Positions 38,179 to 46,826 of a stretch of DNA of 64,000 bases are shown here, piece after piece. The notes under the pieces were generated by a model, which saw nothing but the letters and a program-made list of their open reading frames with translations, was not told the origin of the DNA and ran no database searches. Position numbers and translations under genes: made by a program. How positions within the stretch are numbered: the first letter of the stretch is position 1; each line of letters opens with the position of its first letter. This stretch comes from Candidatus Woesearchaeota archaeon (GTDB lineage: Archaea; Nanobdellota; Nanobdellia; Woesearchaeales; JAHWIC01): assembly GCA_019322805.1 (NCBI GenBank), contig JAHWIC010000001.1, positions 132,150 to 196,149 of the forward strand, written 5' to 3'.

Positions 38179-39927
38179 TTAAAAATTTTTGTTATTTTTT
38201 AGTATTAAAATTATATTTAACAATATAGCTAAGACAAGCAGGAAGTAGATTATGAGTTGCTTTACCCTAATATTTGTTGATTCATAGATTGTAACCGGCG
38301 TCTTTAATATCCTTACATTGCTGTTAGGGTCTATGAGCCCCAAAAACTCGCTAGAAGAAATTTGTTGGTCATCGGCTTCAGCCAGCGATGATGTGACTGT
38401 TATGCCCTGTGTTATTTCCTTTATTGTTTTTTGGTCATCTCTTTTGATTCTTATTTTAAGATTATAGTCGCCAGGCTCAGCCTCATCAACAATATTTTTC
38501 AACTCAACAGTGTCTACATCACTAGGGGCAATTTCTATCTTTTCTCTGTTGGCTTCCCTCTCTCCAGAATAGCTTTTAGAGCCTCTGTACACATAAGACC
38601 AAACCTCAAATTCATGGGGCATGTTATCATTATTCTTTATCTTTACATCAACATCAAACTCGTTTCTTAAGTTAATCTCCTGCGGAGCTTCATTTAGCTC
38701 ATATGAATATGTTGATTTCTTTTCTTTATCGCAAAGGTCCTCAGTAATGCCCTCAATGTCCATCTTTTTTGTGTCATCCTCACCAAGGCCTTCAGCATAG
38801 ATCACGTATACGCCATCTTCATATTCATAATCGCAGTTTGGGTAGAGCTGGATTGGCAGGGTAAGAGAATAATCCTGATATTTTGTATAAACATTTGTCT
38901 TTGATTGCTTGCTTATAGGCTCATCATCATCTTCGTCAGCTACCCATAGCTTTATGCTGTCTTTTGTTGTCTTTCCTTTGTATACATTAAGCTTTACTCT
39001 TATTGTCTGGCCAAAAGCTCCTTTACCATCTGAACCAAGGTCATATATCTCTTCAATTCCGATTGATGAATCTTCCTCTATAGGGCTTCCTTTCATTGTT
39101 ACAAGTTTTTCAGCGTGATTATTTTGAAGGTTTGTTTCTTCACAAGTTACAAGGATATCTGCTTTTATCCAATATGATCTATCCTCGATGTTCGGTGTCC
39201 AAGTGTTAGATGTTTTATGGTATGTTGATGGCTCGTTTGTCCAGGGGGTGTATGATTTTACTGTGTTGCCAAACAAGTCCTCTATCCTAACGATCCCAGT
39301 TAACAAGGTAGAATTGCCAAATAATTTTGTGGCTTTTACTCTAAAAGTGAAGTCTTCTCCAGATTCAAATACTGTATCAGCCAGTATCTCAACAAACCAG
39401 TCACAGCCAGTTGTTGCGTATAGAATGCTTCCATCATTTGCATAGCCAGGAGTTGGCTCTGCTATGTTCCATGTTGAGTTAAGGAATGCATTGCTTTTTC
39501 CTTTTTCTGTGGTTGTATAGGTTACTTCATCAATTAGTTGATTTCCGTCATATATGTAGAGCGTGTCGCCATCGTTCTTTAGCCCATTACCAATAGATGC
39601 GTCATCAACATACAGCCTTATTGCAGATGGGTCTGTGTCAAAGTTATTGTAAACCCTTGTTGCATCATCTGTGATTATAGCATAGCCATAAGCTGGTATG
39701 ACTGTACCTCCTCCATTATATAAGCCCCCCTCAATTGTGTCATTGCTATTATCATCTCTGATCATATAACCAGAAACGTCAATTTCAGAATTACCATCAT
39801 TGTATAGCTCTACCCATTCATTATAGGTATCATCTTCTGTATTTGCCATTATTTCATTTATGATTAAAGCAGAAATTGGTTTAGCCAATATTATTGCTAC
39901 AAGAGCAAAAAGTATGGTCTTTTTCAA
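38179..39927 (-). CDS. Secreted/surface protein with an N-terminal lamin-tail domain (LTD), a signal peptide and a C-terminal membrane anchor.
   Basis: Signal peptide MKKTILFALVAIILAKPISA, LTD pattern LIINEIMANT...EWVELYN...GDTLYIYDGNQLIDEVTY, C-terminal hydrophobic helix + KNNKNF. Confidence 0.6.
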   Translation of the reverse strand: MKKTILFALVAIILAKPISALIINEIMANTEDDTYNEWVELYNDGNSEIDVSGYMIRDDNSNDTIEGGLYNGGGTVIPAYGYAIITDDATRVYNNFDTDPSAIRLYVDDASIGNGLKNDGDTLYIYDGNQLIDEVTYTTTEKGKSNAFLNSTWNIAEPTPGYANDGSILYATTGCDWFVEILADTVFESGEDFTFRVKATKLFGNSTLLTGIVRIEDLFGNTVKSYTPWTNEPSTYHKTSNTWTPNIEDRSYWIKADILVTCEETNLQNNHAEKLVTMKGSPIEEDSSIGIEEIYDLGSDGKGAFGQTIRVKLNVYKGKTTKDSIKLWVADEDDDEPISKQSKTNVYTKYQDYSLTLPIQLYPNCDYEYEDGVYVIYAEGLGEDDTKKMDIEGITEDLCDKEKKSTYSYELNEAPQEINLRNEFDVDVKIKNNDNMPHEFEVWSYVYRGSKSYSGEREANREKIEIAPSDVDTVELKNIVDEAEPGDYNLKIRIKRDDQKTIKEITQGITVTSSLAEADDQQISSSEFLGLIDPNSNVRILKTPVTIYESTNIRVKQLIIYFLLVLAILLNIILILKNNKNF

Positions 39928-40037
39928 TTTATCTTAGTTAAATAGCAGATATTTAAAAGTGTAACTATTTTAGAATGCTCCTAAATCTTTTTAACTTAAG
40001 TTAATTCTCAACAGACATTGTTAGGGGGTGTTATATC

Positions 40038-40760
40038 GTGGGTCTGTTTGGTAAAAAGAAAAAGGTTGTTTCTGGATTGGATATCCCGCCTGCTCCGCCT
40101 CCAGTTAAGATTAGTGAAGAGGTTTCTGCTCCTCCAGAAGCTATTGAGCTTCCAGAGTTCCCTAGTTTACCAGAATTTCCTCCTCCGCCTGGAAAGGGGT
40201 TGCCTACTTTTGAGGAAGGGTTAAAGAGGGGAGGGAAGGCTCCTCCTGTAAAAGAGGCTATTGAAAAAGAGATTCCACCACCAATGGAAGAGATTCCTCC
40301 TCCACCTACAGAAGAAATGGAGATGCCCCCACCGCCTATGAAAGCGCCGCTGCCAGTAAAAGCCAAAGGAGATATTCCAGAAGCTCCACCAGCCCCAGGG
40401 ATTCCGCCGCCGCCTATGAAAGCGCCTGAAGAAGAACTTCCAGAGGCTCCTCCAAGACCTGAAGAAGCAGCACCTGAGATGCCGTCATTTGAGGCTGTAG
40501 AAGAGGAGATTGGCGAGGAAGAAAAGGTTGGTATGAGGGTCACAGAAGGTCCTATCTTTATAAGAGCTGATAATTACAGATATGTCCTGGATGAGTTAAG
40601 TGTTGCAAGAAACATTGTAAAAGAGTCTGGTGAATTATTTGCAGGGATTGAGAACATAAGCTCGAGCAGTGAACAGGCATATGAAAATTGGCGTTTGTGT
40701 TTAGAGGATGTAGAAAGAAAGTTGCTGTATGTTGATAAATCATTATTTGGAGGAGGGTGA
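40038..40760 (+). CDS. Hypothetical protein with a poly-proline N-terminal half (PPPP/PPAPPP repeats) and a conserved about 65-aa C-terminal domain shared with the next two genes.
   Basis: N-terminal MGLFGKKKK then Pro-rich repeats. C-terminal PIFIRADNYRYVLDEL...ENWRLCLEDVERKLLYVDKSLF. The antisense 40031-40543 ORF is a shadow. Confidence 0.6.
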   Translation: MGLFGKKKKVVSGLDIPPAPPPVKISEEVSAPPEAIELPEFPSLPEFPPPPGKGLPTFEEGLKRGGKAPPVKEAIEKEIPPPMEEIPPPPTEEMEMPPPPMKAPLPVKAKGDIPEAPPAPGIPPPPMKAPEEELPEAPPRPEEAAPEMPSFEAVEEEIGEEEKVGMRVTEGPIFIRADNYRYVLDELSVARNIVKESGELFAGIENISSSSEQAYENWRLCLEDVERKLLYVDKSLFGGG

Positions 40761-40766
40761 TTTGAT

Positions 40767-41006
40767 ATGGAAGAAGTAAAAGCTGGAAGTCCTGTTTTTG
40801 TAAAAATTGATGAATATAAAGACGTGCTGGAAATAATTGGTGTTGTAAAAGATAAGATAGAAGAAGCCAGAAATACATTAGGAAGGATAAATGAACTAAA
40901 GAATGATGAAGACGGTGAATTAGAGATGTGGAATTCAAAGCTTGAAGAGATTGAGGAAAAGATTGAATTTATTGACAAATCGTTGTTTCAACCTGAAACC
41001 TTATAG
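40767..41006 (+). CDS. Stand-alone copy of the same about 65-aa domain (paralog of the C-terminus of 40038-40760).
   Basis: PVFVKIDEYKDVLEII...EMWNSKLEEIEEKIEFIDKSLF aligns colinearly with the upstream gene's C-terminus. Confidence 0.6.
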   Translation: MEEVKAGSPVFVKIDEYKDVLEIIGVVKDKIEEARNTLGRINELKNDEDGELEMWNSKLEEIEEKIEFIDKSLFQPETL

Positions 41007-41014
41007 GTGATTAG

Positions 41015-41401
41015 ATGGCTAAAGGAGAGAATGTCTTTTTTGTAGGAATAAAAGATCCAGATGATCTGAGAAGAAATGTTCTTGAGACTGCTAGAGGAGC
41101 AATTCAAACACTGCAGCTGTTTGAGAAGTTCAGGAATATAAGAGATGAGAAGATAAAGGCCATTAACCAGCTTAAAAGTGATTTAAGGGAAGTTACAAGG
41201 CTGGTCTCGAAACTAAAGACTGCTTTGCCTAAGGCGAAGTTAAGGGTAAAGCTCCATGAGCATGAAAGATTAAAAGGCGGGAAAGCAAAGAGAAAGAAGA
41301 AACCAAAAGAAGTTGTAGTAGAGGGGGCTGCAAAGGGCGAACTTGAAAAGCTCGAGGAAGAGCTGTCTGCTATTGAAGGTAAATTAGGCGGTTTGGGTTA
41401 A
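41015..41401 (+). CDS. Third member of the tandem family: related N-terminal segment (NVFFVGIKDPDDLRRNVLE) followed by a coiled-coil and Lys-rich tail.
   Basis: 128 aa, 8-nt spacing from the upstream gene. Confidence 0.55.
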   Translation: MAKGENVFFVGIKDPDDLRRNVLETARGAIQTLQLFEKFRNIRDEKIKAINQLKSDLREVTRLVSKLKTALPKAKLRVKLHEHERLKGGKAKRKKKPKEVVVEGAAKGELEKLEEELSAIEGKLGGLG

Positions 41402-41444
41402 GGTTTATTTCTATTATTTTATCATTATTAAATTTATCACTTGG

Positions 41445-41634
41445 TGCACTTTTAGCATGCACAAATAGTTGTGCACTTGGTTGAGTTTTTTATTATTTAA
41501 TTTTAAAAATTTAAAACAATTAAAAATAAATAAGGTTGAACTTCGTAGTTTAGACAAACATTGTTTGGCTTCTTCTGTTTCTGCACCTAATGGTTAATTT
41601 TGTTGATGGTGGCTATACATACAATGTGTGTATT
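41445..41634 (+). repeat. Intergenic repeat family, copy B (GTGCAC palindromes / GCACAAatagTTGTGC hairpin, T-run, AACAATTAAAAATAAATAAGG box, CAAACattGTTTG hairpin, ACATACAATGTGTGTATT motif).
   Basis: About 80% identical over about 170 nt to copy C (55950-56123). It lies between the tandem-domain genes and the tRNA-Leu(CAA) promoter. Confidence 0.65.
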
Positions 41635-41686
41635 AAGAAGTTTGATAGTAAACTATAAATAAAACAATATTTTTCGCTCTCTCTAT

Positions 41687-41853
41687 GCGGGGATGCCGGA
41701 GACCTAAAGGCATATGCCCTAAGGCCGGATTGGCCAAACGGGATAGACTCAAGGCATTTGAGTGTTGAGTGCTCGTCAGAGTGCGATGAAAGAATCATTT
41801 GTAAGTCATCTATTGGCTTAGTGCCTACCGGGGTTCGAATCCTCGTCCCCGCA
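41687..41853 (+). tRNA. tRNA-Leu(CAA) (class II) with two introns: a D-loop intron (about 41705-41730, 26 nt) and a canonical 37/38 anticodon-loop intron (41754-41807, 54 nt).
   Basis: Acceptor GCGGGGA/TCCCCGC + A73; D-arm CCG-GAGACC[intron]TGGCCAAA-CGG; anticodon arm ATAGA-CUCAAG[intron]A-TCTAT (mature loop CUCAAGA); variable arm GGC-TTAGT-GCC; T-arm CGGGG-TTCGAAT-CCTCG. A TATA box AACTATAAATAAAAC lies about 25 nt upstream. Confidence 0.75.
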
Positions 41854-41869
41854 TTTAATTTATAGAATT

Positions 41870-44542
41870 TTAACGGCTAACATCAAATAATTTTTCTGTC
41901 ATCCATCTAAAGCCTAATGTCTGTTTTGTGTAAGGTATTTTAACTGACCAGTACAGGTGCCCTACCAGCCTCTCAGCCAATGACCTATGCCCTGGCCTCT
42001 TATGATATTCTTCTATTTCTTCTGCAGGGCCTATCTTGTGTTTGTGTTTGAGTTCTTTTTTATGTGCTCTCACAGCTAACTGATAAGCGTGTAGATGTTT
42101 TGCCCAGAACCTTTTTTGTTCTTTCGCATCTGCAGGTTGATTTGGCTGCTCAGGTTTGTTCATCGCTTTTCTAGCAAAACTCATTGCGTAGTCATGAACC
42201 CAGTAAAAGTGTTCAGGTGGTGGACGTTCATCCCCAAAGCCCCGCCAGAACTCGACATAAACTATCGGATAAACATGTTCAAGGACTTCCTGTAAGGTAG
42301 CCGCGCCTGCCCGTCTTGCTTGTTCTCCAATTAGTGCTTCATGCCTGTATAATTTTTTATAATCATGGATTAATTGTTTAATGCCTTTTGGACCCCGGTA
42401 TTTTGTTTCCAGTGATGAGGCAACTCCTGGCATTAAAACGCTTGCTTTTTCAACGGCAATATGTAATGCTGACCTTAGCTCGTTTTGTGTGGGCTCTCTT
42501 CCACCAGCTTGTGTCTGAAGCATATTCTCAAACTCGTTCAAGACATCATCAAATAATAATGCATGAGCTAGTTCATCTTCTCTTAATCCCTGAAGGATGT
42601 TCCATGATTCTGTTGCTCGTTCTCTTGTTATATCTCCATCAAGATAACGCCTGCAGGTTTCTTGTGCAGCATAGTCACGGTCTGCTCTGATAGGATTTCT
42701 TGGTTGTCTAATTTTTGCAGCAAGCCCTTCAGGATCAGGCAGCGCGTCTCCTAGAAATGCATAATACCTGTACCTCCCATCAAATCCCTCTGAGTTTCCG
42801 CTGGATAGATATATCTCCTGTAACCCCTGCCTTGTATGGTCTATTGACTTCTTGAACACTGCTTCTGTGATAAAATCTCTTATCTTCCAATAGTTAGCTA
42901 CGGCTTTGATATGATCATCAGCAGTTTGGATAAATGAATTTGCCGCAGTAGCTGGTTCTCTTCCTGTTATAGACGCGTCATTGCTGCTTTCCCCAAGAAA
43001 TTGAAGCCCCCTACATAAAGGTGAGAAAACATCCCATATTTCTTCTGCTGGATGGGCCTGCATTCTGTATGCCTTTCCTATTTCATCAATGCCTTGTGCC
43101 TCCAAATAATCAGCTGCACCAGGCCCAAAAAGAGTAGTTATCTCACTTACTGCCTTTTTACGTACTCCTTCAAGCTGTTCAATAGTTGGCTCTGGAACAG
43201 GATCATCAAGCTGGGCTTCTAAATTACTTATTTGAGCTGATATACCGGCTAGTTCCGGGTCTGTTGGATCTGGAACAGCATCAAGTTTGGCTTGTAAAGT
43301 GGCTATTTGGGCTGGTAAAATGGCTAGTTCTGCTTCTCTTGCTTTACGAATCTCTGCGGTAACATTATCAGGTATGTTAGATTTTATGTATTCCTGATAT
43401 AGCTGCTCCCCTTGTTTTGCTTGCTCAAGCCTTTGCTTTAAAAACTGCATTTGTGATTCCAGCTCTAACCCAAGCAACAATGAATGATAGATTCTTTCCT
43501 TTACTTTTTGTTTTTGTTCATCACTGCCATTGTATTCTGTTTTAAGCCATGTTGTACATATATTATCCCTAATGTTTCTCATGGCTTTTCTAAATCTTTC
43601 ACGGATTTTTTCAGGATTCTGATTTGATCCAAGTACGCTTTCCCTCAGATTAGTAATTTCCGAAACTTCTGCTTCCAAAAGCTGCGGATTCAAGTGTCTA
43701 ACGCCCTTATACCAGGCTTTCAGAGCTTGAAGTGGGGTATAAATTACTCTAGAGCGCTCCAGTAGCCACTTATGTATTCCTTCATCAATGCCTGCTTTAC
43801 GCCTGGCTTCATATGTTTCCCTGTGAGGTAAGAGGACATGAGCAAGACCTAATGCTTTCTCATAGTACGGAAGGAAATCCTGCATTGTAGGGTCGGCTAT
43901 GTCAGGGTTCTTTACTTCGCTACCTTCCTGTTCCCTACGCCTTTGTTCAGTTTTCTTATTATATAGGCCACGCAATTCCTTAACAAGTATCCTTCTTAGC
44001 AGTTCATCAAAATCTGCTGCACTATCCTGATTGCGTTCTTCTGGAGGAATATATTTTGCTGATATCTCATCTTCTCCTAGTTTTTCAAATTCTTTGCGAA
44101 CAAGCAAATGAAGCTTATCCTCTTCTCCTTTTAATACAGCCACTTGCATATCCAGAAACCTTCGAACATGCATATCGACAACAGGCACTACCCTTCCCAT
44201 AAACATTTCATATAAAACCTCTCCAAGCGGCTTGCCTGATTGTTCAAGAGCAGTTTTAACCCACTCAAAGGTATGGGGTATTGCTTTTATCTGCCAGTTA
44301 TGTTTAGGATGGTAGCTATCGCTTAGAATAGTGGCAGCCACAAAACCAAGCTGTCCAGCTACTCTTGAAGCATTGGCTATTGCATCATCATCATCCTGCC
44401 CATATGCCTTAAAACCTTTAAATGATTTAATGTGTTTTCGCGCCTCTTCAGGGTCTACTCCTGCGTCATTAAATTCTCTTAGAAAATCCTCTAACCTATC
44501 ATATGTAATTTCAGCTTCGAATGACATTTTTCTATAATGCAA
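41870..44542 (-). CDS. Large hypothetical protein (890 aa) of atypical Arg/Glu/Ala/Leu-rich composition, immediately 3' of tRNA-Leu(CAA).
   Basis: Long uninterrupted ORF with no recognisable catalytic motifs and coiled-coil-like central region (LEAQLDDP..., LQAKLDAVPDP). Confidence 0.5.
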   Translation of the reverse strand: MHYRKMSFEAEITYDRLEDFLREFNDAGVDPEEARKHIKSFKGFKAYGQDDDDAIANASRVAGQLGFVAATILSDSYHPKHNWQIKAIPHTFEWVKTALEQSGKPLGEVLYEMFMGRVVPVVDMHVRRFLDMQVAVLKGEEDKLHLLVRKEFEKLGEDEISAKYIPPEERNQDSAADFDELLRRILVKELRGLYNKKTEQRRREQEGSEVKNPDIADPTMQDFLPYYEKALGLAHVLLPHRETYEARRKAGIDEGIHKWLLERSRVIYTPLQALKAWYKGVRHLNPQLLEAEVSEITNLRESVLGSNQNPEKIRERFRKAMRNIRDNICTTWLKTEYNGSDEQKQKVKERIYHSLLLGLELESQMQFLKQRLEQAKQGEQLYQEYIKSNIPDNVTAEIRKAREAELAILPAQIATLQAKLDAVPDPTDPELAGISAQISNLEAQLDDPVPEPTIEQLEGVRKKAVSEITTLFGPGAADYLEAQGIDEIGKAYRMQAHPAEEIWDVFSPLCRGLQFLGESSNDASITGREPATAANSFIQTADDHIKAVANYWKIRDFITEAVFKKSIDHTRQGLQEIYLSSGNSEGFDGRYRYYAFLGDALPDPEGLAAKIRQPRNPIRADRDYAAQETCRRYLDGDITRERATESWNILQGLREDELAHALLFDDVLNEFENMLQTQAGGREPTQNELRSALHIAVEKASVLMPGVASSLETKYRGPKGIKQLIHDYKKLYRHEALIGEQARRAGAATLQEVLEHVYPIVYVEFWRGFGDERPPPEHFYWVHDYAMSFARKAMNKPEQPNQPADAKEQKRFWAKHLHAYQLAVRAHKKELKHKHKIGPAEEIEEYHKRPGHRSLAERLVGHLYWSVKIPYTKQTLGFRWMTEKLFDVSR

Positions 44543-44637
44543 ATATTATATAATTTATAAATCTTTACATTGTTATCACTATATAATAGAGATTTTAGTA
44601 AATTTAGGCAAAATATATATAATAGTAGCTAATAAAG

Positions 44638-45984
44638 GTGGGTAAAATGATAGAAATACGCGCAGTTGGAGGCTATAATGAGGTTGGCAAGAATATGACT
44701 GCCATTAAGATAGATGATGAGGTTGTTATCATAGATATGGGCCTTCATATGGAGAGTTACATTAAGTACACTGAAGAAGATGAAGATATACGCAATATAA
44801 GCGCTGCTGAGCTGTTAAAAGTAGGAGCAATACCTGATGATTCTGTAATCAAGGACTGGAAAGGTTCTGTTAAAGCAATTATCCCAACGCATGCGCATCT
44901 TGACCATGTTGGTGCACTTATCTTTCTTGCTAATAAGTATAAGGCTCCGATAGTCTGCACGCCTTTTACAAGAGAGGTTATAAGAAGCATAAGCAAGGAT
45001 GAAGGAATAAAACTAAAGAACAATATCAAAACACTTAATGTGAACTCCAGCTATAATATTTCTAAAAACATTAAGATTGAATTCATAAATATGACCCATT
45101 CTACACCTCAGACAGTTATGGTTGCTTTGCATACAAGGCATGGAATTGTCCTGTACGCAAATGATTTCAAATTTGACAATCATCCGATTATTGGGAAAAA
45201 GCCAAATTACAAGAGGTTAAAGGAGTTAGGCAAAGAGGGTGTTTTGTGTGCAATAGTTGACTGCACAAGAGCAAAAAGATCAGTTAAAACCCCAAGCGAG
45301 ACTGTTGCAAAAGAAATGCTCAGGGATGTTATGCTTGGAACAGATTCAACAAACAAAGCAGTTATTATCACTACATTCTCTTCACATCTTGCAAGGCTAA
45401 AGTCAATTGTAGAGTTTGGCAAGAAGATGAACAGAAAGATTGTCTTCTTAGGGAGATCATTGGCAAAATATACTAAAGCAGGAGAAAATATTGGCTTAGT
45501 GAAGTTCTCCAAGGAAGTTGAAATCGTGAAGTTTGGAAAGCAGATAAAGAAGAAGCTAAAAAAGATAGAAACTGATGGACGCGAGAAATATCTTATGGTT
45601 GTTACAGGCCACCAGGGAGAGCCTAAAGCAACCCTGTCAAAGATCGCAGATAAAGTTTTGCCGTTTAAGCTTTACTCAGAAGACCATATAATCTTTTCAT
45701 GTACGGTTATTCCATCTCCTACGAATATTGAGAACAGAAAAATTCTTGAAGATAAATTAAAAAGGTATGGTGTGAGGATTTTTAGGGATATACATGTAAG
45801 CGGGCATGCTGCAAGAGAAGATTTGAGAGACTTGATAAACCTGGTTGAGCCAAAGAACCTTATTCCTGCTCACGGTGATTACTCAATGAAAGACGCATTT
45901 GTTGAGCTGGCAATGGATAAAGGATATAAAGTCGGAAAGAATATCCATATACTCAAAGATGGTGGTAAATTAAAGCTTGCTTAG
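44638..45984 (+). CDS. rnj: Archaeal ribonuclease J (beta-CASP MBL-fold RNase).
   Basis: 448 aa, MBL motifs IIPTHAHLDHVGAL, beta-CASP region and C-terminal HVSGHAAREDL. Confidence 0.85.
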   Translation: MGKMIEIRAVGGYNEVGKNMTAIKIDDEVVIIDMGLHMESYIKYTEEDEDIRNISAAELLKVGAIPDDSVIKDWKGSVKAIIPTHAHLDHVGALIFLANKYKAPIVCTPFTREVIRSISKDEGIKLKNNIKTLNVNSSYNISKNIKIEFINMTHSTPQTVMVALHTRHGIVLYANDFKFDNHPIIGKKPNYKRLKELGKEGVLCAIVDCTRAKRSVKTPSETVAKEMLRDVMLGTDSTNKAVIITTFSSHLARLKSIVEFGKKMNRKIVFLGRSLAKYTKAGENIGLVKFSKEVEIVKFGKQIKKKLKKIETDGREKYLMVVTGHQGEPKATLSKIADKVLPFKLYSEDHIIFSCTVIPSPTNIENRKILEDKLKRYGVRIFRDIHVSGHAAREDLRDLINLVEPKNLIPAHGDYSMKDAFVELAMDKGYKVGKNIHILKDGGKLKLA

Positions 45985-46035
45985 AACGCAAAAATATATA
46001 AATAGGTAGGATATACTTTTTTTGGGGGTGTTGAT

Positions 46036-46779
46036 ATGAAACTCGCTTTAGCTGAACCAAGGTATCTAAAGGAAAGTGTTTCTATAATTTCTGATCTAGT
46101 TAATGAAGCTCGCTTCAAGATAAACAAGGACGCTGTTGAGCTTGTTGCAATGGATCCTGCTAATGTTGCTATGGTTGATTTTAAATTGCTGTCAAGCTGT
46201 TTTACTGAATATGATGTAAAGGATGAGGTCAAGATAGCAATAAATCTGAGCAATTTAAAGCAGATATTGCGAAGAGCAAATCCAAGTGATATGTTAAGCC
46301 TTGAATTAAATGAAGGTAAATTAAAGATACAGCTTAAGGGAGCTTCTGTAAGAACATTTAATCTTCCGATTATTGAGCTTGAGGAAAAAGAGCAAAAGAT
46401 ACCTGAATTAAAATTCCAGGCTAAGGTAACAACTCCTGCAAGTGTTTTGAATGAAGCTGTTGAGGATGCAGATATTGTAGCTGAGGCTGTTTCTTTCCAG
46501 GCAGAGCCAAAGAAGTTTACTGTTCATGCTGAAGGAGACCTAAGCCAGGCTAAGATAGAGATAGGAGAAAGTGATAATGTAAAGATAAATGTTGAAGGGA
46601 ATGAGAAGATAAAATCAAAGTATAGTGTCGAGTATCTGAAGAAGATGATGAGTGCATCAAAGCTTGCTGATAATGTAACAATGCAGTTTAATAAAGACTA
46701 TCCATTAAAGCTTGAGTATGCTGCTGTGGATAAGGTGATGCTCAGCTTTATTCTTGCTCCAAGGGTTGAGAATGAGTAA
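46036..46779 (+). CDS. pcn: DNA polymerase sliding clamp PCNA.
   Basis: 247 aa, two-domain PCNA fold pattern (ISDLVNEARFKINKDAVELVAMDPANVAMVDFKL...), interdomain connector loop. Confidence 0.85.
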   Translation: MKLALAEPRYLKESVSIISDLVNEARFKINKDAVELVAMDPANVAMVDFKLLSSCFTEYDVKDEVKIAINLSNLKQILRRANPSDMLSLELNEGKLKIQLKGASVRTFNLPIIELEEKEQKIPELKFQAKVTTPASVLNEAVEDADIVAEAVSFQAEPKKFTVHAEGDLSQAKIEIGESDNVKINVEGNEKIKSKYSVEYLKKMMSASKLADNVTMQFNKDYPLKLEYAAVDKVMLSFILAPRVENE

Positions 46780-46826
46780 TTTTTTCTTTAGAAAAATTTT
46801 TATATTCATTATTTCTGTTTAGGGGT

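Noticed and set aside
40031-40543. 170-aa Gly/Ser-rich ORF on the minus strand.
   Set aside because: Antisense shadow of the poly-proline (CCN) region of the 40038-40760 gene.
41613-41798. 61-aa minus-strand ORF.
   Set aside because: Lies entirely within tRNA-Leu(CAA) and its introns. GC-rich structured RNA commonly yields spurious ORFs.
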